The notes beneath the pieces were generated by a model that had not been told where the DNA came from, made no database searches, and saw only the letters and a list, made by a program, of their open reading frames with translations. This document shows positions 26,727 to 36,219 of a stretch of 64,000 bases of DNA, piece after piece; positions within the stretch are counted from its first letter, which is position 1, and each line of letters starts with the position of its first letter. Origin of the DNA: Eledone cirrhosa (taxonomy: Eukaryota); contig OZ024761.1 in the NCBI GenBank assembly GCA_964016885.1, forward strand, positions 11,594,001-11,658,000, in the 5' to 3' direction. A program made the translations under genes and the position numbers.

Positions 26727-26911
26727 AGGGTGGTGGATTGGCAGTATCGGTAGAGAGTCGGACGCCATGCTTTCCAGCATAGTTACGTCCCTTTACGGTC
26801 TGAGTTCAAATCCTGTCGAGGTTCACTTTGCCTTTCATCCTTACGGGGTCGATAAAATAAAGTACCAGTAATGTACTGGGATAATTGCTGGCCTTGTGCC
26901 AAAAGTAGAAA
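26727..26911 (+). mobile_element. tRNA-derived SINE family 1, near full length
   Basis: A-box-like TGGCAGTATCGG, B-box GAGTTCAAATCC, conserved central block and 3' end. Confidence 0.88.
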
Positions 26912-26961
26912 CAGTTATATATATATCAATCTATACATACGTATTTATCTATCTATACATA

Positions 26962-28110
26962 TCCATATCTACCTATCTAAACATATCTACCTATCTAAAC
27001 ATATCTATATATCTAAACATATCTATATATCTAAACATATCTACCTATCTAAACATATCTACCCATCTAAACATATCTACCTATCTAAACATATCTACCT
27101 ATCTAAACATATCTACCTATCTAAACATATCTATATATCTAAACATATCTACCTATCTAAACATATCTACCTATCTAAACATATCTATATATCTAAACAT
27201 ATCTACCTATCTAAACATATCTATATATCTAAACATATCTACCTATCTAAACATATCTATATATCTAAACATATCTACCTATCTAAACATATCTATATAT
27301 CTAAACATATATACCTATCTAAACATATCTATATATCTAAACATATCTACCTATCCAAACATATCTAAACATATCTACCTATCTAAACATATCTATATAT
27401 CTAAACATATCTACCTATCTAAACATATCTATATATCTAAACATATCTACCTATCTAAACATATCTATATATCTAAACATATCTACCCATCTAAACATAT
27501 CTACCTATCTAAACATATCTATATATCTAAACATATCTACCTATCTAAACATATCTATATATCTAAACATATCTACCTATCTAAACATATCTATATATCT
27601 AAACATATCTTCCTATCTAAACATATCTATATATCTAAACATATCTACCTATCTAAACATATCTATATATCTACCTATCTAAACATATCTATATATCTAA
27701 ACATATCTACCTATCTAAACATATCTATATATCTAAACATATCTACCTATCTAAACATATCTATATATCTAAACATATCTACCCATCTAAACATATCTAT
27801 ATATCTAAACATATCTACCTATCTAAACATATCTACCTATCTAAACATATCTACCCATCTAAACATATCTACCTATCTAAACATATCTACCCATCTAAAC
27901 ATATCTACCTATCTAAACATATCTATATATCTAAACATATCTACCTATCTAAACATATCTATATATCTAAACATATCTATATATCTAAACATATCTACCT
28001 ATCTAAACATATCTATATATCTAAACATATCTACCTATCTAAACATATCTATATATCTAAACATATCTATATATCTAAACATATCTACCTATCTAAACAT
28101 ATCTATCTAT
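26962..28110. repeat. 18-bp minisatellite, about 63 copies
   Basis: The unit ATCTAAACATATCTA(CCT/TAT) gives the HIYLSK/LNISTY periodic ORFs. Confidence 0.96.
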
Positions 28111-28253
28111 GAAACGTGCAGAACCATTGAGTTGGCAAAACGAAACAATTGCCGGAACGAAAGAGAGAAACAGCTGAAGAAATCTGAAAGACAGGTTGTA
28201 AATATTTCTCTCTCCAGTGGCAACAATGAACAAAGTTGTAGAAGCAATACATA

Positions 28254-28331
28254 CAGGGTGTCCCAAAAAATGTATACATACTTTATTAGAATGCTGTTGA
28301 AGTGTGTATATATTTTTGGAGCGACACCCTG
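28254..28331. mobile_element. 78-bp Tc1/mariner-type MITE
   Basis: TA|CAGGGTGTCCCAAAAAATGTATACATACTT ... AAGTGTGTATATATTTTTGGAGCGACACCCTG|TTA gives imperfect TIRs of about 30 bp. There is a TA target on the left; the right TA is imperfect. Confidence 0.7.
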
Positions 28332-28571
28332 TTAATATATATTTAACGATTCCCTGCAACAAATATATGAATGAATGAAAAAAAACAGACTTGTGTGTGT
28401 GTGCGCATGAGTGTGTGTGGGCGTGCGTGTGTGTATGTGTATGAGCGTGCATGAGTGTCCGTGAAAGTGTGTGTACGTGTGCAAGTGTATGTGCGTGAGT
28501 GTCTCTGTGTACATAAAAACATCAAACCTTAATTGTCAAACACATACATAATGTAAACATTACAAGCTGAA

Positions 28572-28611
<40 letters not shown>

Positions 28612-29509
28612 ACCCGAAAAACCCCGGCGTAATTAAAAATAAAACTAGCGATAAACGAGAACGTAAAAAAGGCAGCTTGGCTTCCTTTAAATTACTGAAA
28701 CGAAAACATTTCATTATGATTTTCTTTTCAGCCTCTGCACCAATATTAAATTTTTTTATTTCAATTCGTAACAACTCGATTCTAATTACATACTTCGAAA
28801 TTTATTTTTTTTTTAAATTCTTTTCGTAATACACGAAGCCTTAAGTATATTTTGTTTGCATTTAACTGCATTAGGGGATATCTTTGACAATGGGAATGAA
28901 AATATCTCGTCCGATTCATTAGATTTATTTCACATATTTCGCTCTCACACACACAAGCCGACAAGGAGAACCCTGATTCTATCCCAAACCTAAGATACAC
29001 GCAAAGAATCTGCTGAATCAGATGAAATATATATTTTAAAGGACATACGTTGTGCAGAATACCCAACACATACATATATATATATACATTCATATACATA
29101 CATATATATACACATACATATAGACATACACACATATATACATATACATTCATATAGACGTACATACATATACATCCATATATACATACAATGTACATAC
29201 ATATATATACATACACACACAGAACACACCAAAATGCAAACCCATAAAAAAATATACGACGACGCATATAAATACACACTCACACAGCCGTGTACACGCA
29301 AAATACATCAGCTCTACACATTAACTACTACAGAGTAATAAGATAGCGAGGAAGAAGTAATGAGAGAAATTAGAAATAAACATTGAAGTAATATGGCTGC
29401 CTCTTGTTATGTTTAGCTAACGACCTGCTCATGTTTTTAGGGGTACAAATACTATAATGGAAGCCTTGTGTTTATCTTAGATACTGCTTTAAATGAGATT
29501 ATATATATC

Positions 29510-29750
29510 GTGTAGGTGTCACGACAAAAAAACACAGTCCACGCTGTAATGTGGTCATGGAGGCAACACGGTAAAAACCTCCCAGTCCACACTGTAAACG
29601 TGGTTGGTGTTAGGAAGGGCATCCAGCCGCAGAAAACCCGCCAGACAGTCCTATACGAGCAAGACAACCATCTTGCCTCAAGTGGGACAATTCCTGTCTA
29701 AACCCATGCTAGCGTGGAAGATGGACGTTAAACGATGGTGATGATGATGA
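29510..29750 (+). mobile_element. SINE-like element family 2 ending in (GAT)n
   Basis: Homologous to 26257-26488. Its 5' part contains two diverged copies of the 48-bp satellite unit (reverse complement). Confidence 0.85.
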
Positions 29751-29819
29751 TATATATTAAAGACATTTTTTCCAATTCCAACCCACCCATTCCCCCAATC
29801 TATCTTATTTCTCATTCTT

Positions 29820-29855
29820 TCTTCTGATGAAGGACTAGCGTCCGACACGTTAAGA
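29820..29855 (+). ncRNA. Degenerate minimal (Penelope-type) hammerhead
   Basis: TCTT CTGATGA A GGAC-tagc-GTCC GACA CGT T AAGA. Stems I and II are intact and stem III is the palindrome ACGT, but core GAAA is mutated to GACA. Confidence 0.6.
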
Positions 29856-29952
29856 CCCTCTTCCTGCTATATCAAGCAATCACCTAATATATCCCTTCCA
29901 TATACTGTACCGATTGTGTTGTTATTTCTGTTTACCTTTTACATACATATAT

Positions 29953-30090
29953 GTTTATCCCGGGTTCAATCGGGGGTAACTGCAGTAAGGTACTCAATAC
30001 ATAGCAGAGTATAAATATGGAAATGGGCTTTCCTGATGATTTTTATACGAATGAAACAGTTCTAGTCCTGTAGAAGCCATTTCTATATTA
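29953..30090 (-). mobile_element. Penelope-like mini-module with tail on the minus strand and an inverted, hammerhead-bearing arm
   Basis: The minus-strand tail ACTCTGCTATGTATTGAGTACC resembles the module B tail. Inverted repeat 30014-30032 vs 30073-30089. TA-rich flanks. Confidence 0.55.
30014..30089 (+). ncRNA. Type I hammerhead with intact core but weak stem II
   Basis: CTGATGA at 30033-39, GAAA at 30053-56, stem III ACAG/CTGT, triplet GUA (30070-72). Long bulged stem I AATATGGAAATGGGCTTTC/GAAGCCATTTCTATATT. Confidence 0.65.
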
Positions 30091-30104
30091 AATATATATA
30101 TTTC

Positions 30105-31495
30105 TCAACATCAACAGACAATTGACCAGTTTGCAGAGTCCTCCCCTTCCATTACAGTACCTCCCCCCATGGGTCTGGTGCTCCCTAGGAGCCCCAATTA
30201 CAGACTTTGGCTTTGAATCAATCTTCCAATCGAAGATGGTTGGCTTTGGGCAATTATTGAGGAATATTGAGGCAAGTGGACCCCAAGGTTTTTTTCATAC
30301 TCCAGAAATACCTTCTATATATGCTGAGGGTCAGCCCATCTCACAGATTTCCACCATGTCTTCAATGCTTTGACGACCTAATCTTCAAGAGACTCGAGTG
30401 CTTGATCAATGTAAAGACTCTCTGCAGAGCCCAGTGGTCAGGCTGCGTTGCCCAAGCGATTTGGTGGTCTTGGTCCAAGTAAATGTTTGTCCCTCTCTCT
30501 TCCTTTTCTCCACCCATGCTGACTCCACCCCAGTGAGCAACATCCCCTCCTCTCCAACATGGTACTTGTTCCAACAGGGAGTTAGATGAAGCTCTTCTAT
30601 GATGGAGTGAGTTGGGCTTATCTGTTCCTCACAAGGTGGAGGACAAACAAAGTCAGAAAGCTTGGGACAACATACATTCGAGGGCCACCTTTGACTCTCT
30701 CTTTGACCAGTCAGATCGGTTCTCAAGGTGCTACTGTCCTTCTGCTAGCCTCAAATACTCAGGTGACTGGGTTGATGCCCTACCTGTGGCTAACGTTGAT
30801 GGCCTACTAAGCTTGAACGAGCTTCATGTCTTCATTGCCCTCAAAGTGGGAGCCAACATCTGTACAGGTCTGAAATGTCGGTGTGGCAAGATCCTCAACT
30901 CAACAAAGCCTCCACAGTCTATCTTGCCACTGAATGCCGGTCACTTCGTGTCTCACACTCACCTAAACCTTATCATCAAGAGAGCTTTAGGCTGGTCAAA
31001 CATCCTCTCAATTTTGGTTGTCCAGATCTGATAGGAAAAGACCTGATGGTCTTACCCTATGCCCTGGTCAAGAGGTAGGTACCTTATCTGGGACATCACA
31101 GTTAGTGACTCTTTTGCTTCTTCCCACATCCTAGATGCAGCAGTAAGGGCGAGATCCACAGCCCAATAGAACAATATCTTGAAATACCGTGATCTGTCGG
31201 TTAACTACATATTTTCCAGCCTGTGGCATTCGAGAGGAGATGCTTGGGGAGGGGGGGGGGGGATTGGGCTACTGACTGTGAGGTTCTTATCTTCACTGGC
31301 AGCTCGTTTAACAGAGGTAAGTGGTGATGTTTGTGAGAGCGCTTATTTGTTCCAGCGCCATCACCCGAGGTAATGCTGTGAATGTGCTGGCTTGCCTCAA
31401 AAATTATCAGAGACGTTTCCCAGTTCTCCTCATGTTATTGTTATCTTTTGCTCTGTTAGCAGCTCGTTTGTCCACCCCTTTGGCCTGCCTTTTGA
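30105..31495 (+). mobile_element. Decayed, 5'-truncated CRE-like non-LTR retrotransposon (RT thumb, zinc knuckle, restriction-like endonuclease)
   Basis: Frameshifted motifs occur in the expected order: LGAPI, LLYMLRVSP..FDDLI..LE, SGDWVDALP..GL.L, CRCG..H..SHTHLNLIIKRAL, KRPDG (31036-50), PWSRGRYLIWDITVSDSFASS, KYRDL, RGNA (31366). The clade is assigned from recalled consensus. Confidence 0.85.
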
Positions 31496-31496
31496 T

Positions 31497-34300
31497 GTAT
31501 GTGGTCCTAGATGTGTGCATTACCTGCCCGTATGTTGTATGTGGTCCTAGATGTGTGTATTACCTGCTTGTGTGTTGTATGTGGTCCTAGCTGTGTGGTA
31601 TCACCTGCTTGTGTGTTGTATGTGGTCCTAGATGTGTGCATTACCTGCCTGTATGTGTATATGTGGTCATAGATGTGTGTATTACCTGCTTGTGTGTTGT
31701 ATGTGGTCCTAGATGTGTGTATTACCTGCCTGTATGTTGTATGTGGTCCTAGCTGTGTGGTATCACCTGCCTGTATGTTTTATGTGGTCCTAGATGTGTG
31801 TATTACCTGCCTGTATGTTGTATGTGGTATAAGATGTGTGGTATCACCTGCTTGTATGTGGTCCTAGATGTGTGCATTACTGCTTGTGTGCTGTATGTGG
31901 TCCTAGATGTGTGTATTACCTGCTTGTGTGTTGTATGTGGTCCTAGATGTGTGTATTACCTGCTTGTGTGTTGTATGTGGTCCTAGATGTGTGTATTACC
32001 TGCTTGTGTGTTGTATGTGGTCCTAGATGTGTGTATTACCTGCTTGTGTGTTGTATGTGGTCCTAGATGTGTGTATTACCTGCTTGTGTGTTGTATGTGG
32101 TCCTAGATGTGTGTATTACCTGCCTGTATGTTGTATGTGGTCCTAGCTGTGTGGTATCACCTGCCTGTATGTTTTATGTGGTCCTAGATGTGTGTATTAC
32201 CTGCCTGTATGTTGTATATGGTCCTAGATGTGTGTATTACCTGCCTGTATGTTGTATGTGGTCCTAGATGTGTGGTATCACCTGCTTGTGTGTTGTATGT
32301 GGTCCTAGATGTGTGTATTACCTGCTTATGTGTTGTATGTGGTCCTAGATGTGTGTATTACCTGCCTGTATGTTGTATGTGGTCCTAGATGTGTGGTATC
32401 ACCTGCTTGTGTGTTGTATGTGGTCCTAGATGTGTGTATTACCTGCTTATGTGTTGTATGTGGTCCTAGATGTGTGTATTACCTGCTTATGTGTTGTATG
32501 TGGTCCTAGATGTGTGTATTACCTGCCTGTATGTTGTATGTGGTCCTAGATGTGTGGTATCACCTGCTTGTGTGTTGTATGTGGTCCTAGATGTGTGTAT
32601 TACCTGCTTATGTGTTGTATGTGGTCCTAGATGTGTGTATTACCTGCTTATGTGTTGTATGTGGTCCTAGATGTGTGTATTACCTGCCTGTATGTTATAT
32701 GTGGTCCTAGATGTGTGGTATCACCTGCTTGTATGTTGTATGTGGTCCTAGATGTGCGTATTACCTGCTTATGTGTGTTGTATGTGGTCCTAGATGTGTG
32801 TATTACCTGCCTGTGTGTTGTATGTGGTCCTAGATGTGTGTATTACCTGCCTGTGTGTTGTATGTGGCCCTAGATGTGTGTATTACCAGCTTGTGTGTTG
32901 CATGTGGTCCTAGATGTGTGTATTACCTGCTGGTATGTTGTATGTGGTCCTAGATGTGTGTATTACCTGCCTGTATGTTGTATGTGGTCCTAGATGTGTG
33001 TATCACCTGCTTGTGTGTTGTATGTGGTCCTAGATGTGCGTATTACCTGCTTATGTGTTGTATGTGGTCCTAGATGTGTGTATTACCTGCTTGTGTGTTG
33101 TATGTGGTCCTAGATGTGTGTATTACCAGCTTGTGTGTTGTATGTGGTCCTAGATGTGTGTATTACCTGCCTGTGTGTTGTATGTGGTCCTAGATGTGTG
33201 TATTACCTGCTTGCGTGTTGTATGTGGTCCTAGATGTGCGTATTACCTGCTTATGTGTTGTATGTGGTCCTAGATGTGTGTATTACCTGCCTGTGTGTTG
33301 TATGTGGTCCTAGATGTGTGTATTACCTGCCTGTGTGTTGTATGTGGTCCTAGATGTGTGTATTACCTGCTTGTGTGTTGTATGTGGTCCTAGATGTGTG
33401 TATTACCAGCTTGTGTGTTGTATGTGGTCCTAGATGTGTGTATTACCTGCTTGTGTGTTGTATGTGGTCCTAGATGTGTGTATTACCAGCTTGTGTGTTG
33501 TATGTGGTCCTAGATGTGTGTATTTCCTGCTTGTGTGTTGTATGTGGTCCTAGATGTGCGTATTACCTGCTTATGTGTTGTATGTGGTCCTAGATGTGTG
33601 TATTACCTGCTTGTGTGTTGTATGTGGTCCTAGATGTGTGTATTACCAGCTTGTGTGTTGTATGTGGTCCTAGATGTGTGTATTACCTGCCTGTGTGTTG
33701 TATGTGGTCCTAGATGTGTGTATTACCTGCTTGTGTGTTGTATGTGGTCCTAGATGTGTGTATTACCTGCCTGTGTGTTGTATGTGGTCCTAGATGTGTG
33801 TATTACCTGCCTGTATGTTGTATGTGGTCCTAGATGTGTGTATTACCTGCTTGTGTGTTATATGTGGTCCTAGATGTGTGTATTACCTGCCTGTATGTTG
33901 TATGTGGTCCTAGATGTGTGTATTACCTGCTTGTGTGTTGTATGTGGTCCTAGATGTGTGTATTACCTGCCTGTGTGTTGTATGTGGTCCTAGATGTGTG
34001 TATTACCTGCTTGTGTGTTGTATGTGGTCCTAGATGTGTGTATTACCTGCTTGTGTGTTGTATGTGGTCCTAGATGTGTGTATTACCTGCCTGTGTGTTG
34101 TATGTGGTCCTAGATGTGTGTATTACCTGCTTGTGTGTTGTATGTGGTCCTAGATGTGTGTATTACCTGCTTGTGTGTTGTATGTGGTCCTAGATGTGTG
34201 TATTACCTGCCTGTGTGTTGTATGTGGTCCTAGATGTGTGTATTACCTGCTTGTGTGTTGTATGTGGTCCTAGATGTGTGGTATTACCTGCCTGTGTGGT
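31497..34300. repeat. 40-bp minisatellite (41-bp variant in the left part), about 69 copies
   Basis: The unit is TATGTGGTCCTAGATGTGTGTATTACCTGC(T/C)TGT(G/A)TGTTG. Confidence 0.97.
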
Positions 34301-34559
34301 GGTGGTGATGAACCAGGTACCTGAATCTTTGAGTTACAGGTACAGTTTATCTTATAATCTTTCAAACAGTTTCTGTTTAGCCAGTTTCATTCCCATGTTT
34401 AGGGTGACTTGAGATGATAATGACACTTATCCACGATGCCACACAGTGGAACTGAACTTCTGAACCACTCAGCCATGCTTGTGTCCAAAACTACAATACC
34501 AATCTTTGAAACCAATGGTAGATACATACGCTTTTATATGTGTCTGTCTTACACACACC

Positions 34560-34622
<63 letters not shown>

Positions 34623-34627
<5 letters not shown>

Positions 34628-34734
34628 AAAGAGCTCCGGCTGTTTCGACAGTTAGATCTGAACACTCTACTACCCTAAGTATCGAGTACTCTGGTGCATT
34701 ATGGTCCACCTGCTTCCTTACCACACTTCCTTTG

Positions 34735-34736
<2 letters not shown>
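34623..34736 (+). mobile_element. Penelope-like mini-module B, deleted copy between (TA)n tracts
   Basis: ATAGGAA..GAGCTC..GTTTCGAC is followed by CACTCTACTACCCTAAGTATCGAGTACTCTGGTGC..TTCCTTACCAC, matching 26639-26712. Confidence 0.75.
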
Positions 34737-34792
<56 letters not shown>

Positions 34793-34845
34793 ATGGCGTA
34801 GGACAGAACAAAGGAGAGGCACAAAAACAAAGAAAAGAATCCCCA

Positions 34846-34888
34846 GTCACTGAAGAGGTCTCAGAATGTGTGACGAAAGAACTTTGAC
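34846..34888 (+). ncRNA. Candidate minimal hammerhead
   Basis: GTCA CTGAAGA G GTCTCA-gaatg-TGTGAC GAAA GAACT T TGAC. Stem I is 4 bp, stem II is 5/6 bp and stem III is very short (AG/CT). Confidence 0.55.
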
Positions 34889-35130
34889 AATATGAACAAC
34901 CGTCCGGTTATGGAACCAACCAACCGGAAATTTATAAATTCTTAAATTTATAATAAATTGGAGTGAAAGCAACTGGTGCGTGTGTTTCTTATTAGCAACA
35001 TGACCCTCCCAAAGCATAACAATATATGTGTGTGTATGTGTGTGTGTGTGTGTATGTATGTGTGTGTGTGTTTAATATAAAGAGTGGTGTGCTCATATGT
35101 GGAGATGATATAAAATAGAGTGAAGACCCT

Positions 35131-35276
35131 TGAAGACAGAAGAAGAATTTGCCATCAGCTGTTATAACTGATAGACTGAGGAATGGAAACCCATATCTCA
35201 CAGGTTCCATCCACCTAGGAGACATGGGTTTCAATTCCTCAGAGCAGCCGATGGCAAATTCTTTTTCTGCTCTTTA
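35131..35276. other. Imperfect fold-back hairpin of about 145 bp
   Basis: CAGAAGAAGAATTTGCCATCAGCTG..CTGAGGAATGGAAACCCATATCTC pairs with GAGACATGGGTTTCAATTCCTCAG..CAGCCGATGGCAAATTCTTTTTCTG. Confidence 0.85.
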
Positions 35277-35419
35277 TGTATCTTCCCCCTATCTTATAGC
35301 ATCTCTACACACGGGCACACTGGTCATTATATTAACTTTATCTTCTCAGCACTTTGTAAAAGTCCAAGAGGTCAGCAACGTATACACAATATAAAAGTCT
35401 AAAGTCTGTCTTAAGCCAG

Positions 35420-35675
35420 AAGGATCATTTGGCCGGTGCTTATCCCAGTTTCATAGTGTGAAGTGACTGAGAGTACATGACTCCCCACTGGACAGGACAC
35501 CAGTCCATCACAGGGTTAAACCCCCAGCTATTGCTGGTACTCATTTTCAGCTGAGTATACTGGAGCAATGTGAAATGAAGTGTTTTGCTCAAGAACACAA
35601 CACACAACCCAAGAATCGAACTCATGATATTATGATCATAAGTCCAACACCCTTACCACTAGGCCACATACCTCC
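35420..35675 (-). mobile_element. tRNA-derived SINE family 3
   Basis: The minus strand has A-box TGGCCTAGTGG and B-box GAGTTCGATTC, then GTGTTCTTGAGCAAAACACTT..AAAATGAGTACCAG and CCTGTGATGGACTGG (CORE/V-domain-like blocks). Confidence 0.8.
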
Positions 35676-35707
35676 ACCATACACAATATACAGACATACA
35701 TATATAA

Positions 35708-35818
35708 ATCATCATCATCTTTTAACGTCCACTTTCCACACTAGCATGGGTTAGACGGGTTGTCCCATTTGAGGCAAGTTGGATCAGGTGACCATGTCTT
35801 GCTCATATAGGACTGTTT
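35708..35818 (-). mobile_element. 3' fragment of SINE-like family 2
   Basis: ATCATCATCATCTTTTAACGTCCACTTTCCACACTAGCATGGGTTAGACG is the reverse complement of the family 2 3' end. Confidence 0.8.
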
Positions 35819-35920
35819 CACAGGAAGAGAGGACACGTCATTATGGATATAACAGAAGTATTTGAGAGAAATAACAATGGTGAGAAGAGAGGAGGAGCAG
35901 AAGGCATCACTTTATGGACA

Positions 35921-36107
35921 AAGGGCAGTGAATTAGCAGTATGTGTAGAGGGTCAAACACCATGCTTTCCAGCATAGTTACGTCCCTTTACAGACAGAGT
36001 TCAAATCCCACCGAGGTTAACTTTGCCTTTCATCCTTACGGGGGTCGATAAAATATAGTACCAGTAATGTACTGAGTATTGCTGGCCTTGTGCCTAAAGT
36101 AGAATCA
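35921..36107 (+). mobile_element. tRNA-derived SINE family 1
   Basis: Collinear with 26727-26911 (CATGCTTTCCAGCATAGTTACGTCCCTTTAC, B-box, central block, 3' end). Confidence 0.85.
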
Positions 36108-36219
36108 ATTATGGATATAACAGAAGTATTTGAGAGAAATAACAATGGTGAGAAGAGAGAATAAAACCAAAGCAAGGAGTAAATATAATTCCTGAAGGAT
36201 TGGAAAAGTTAGAGCAGCT

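Noticed and set aside
26871-28335. 479-aa and 165-aa ORFs
   Set aside because: They translate an 18-bp tandem repeat, and the frame swaps mid-array without consequence.
31497-34300. Common origin of the two 40-bp satellites (shared TTGTA..CTAG..TACC spacing)
   Set aside because: Identity is too low to distinguish from chance by eye.
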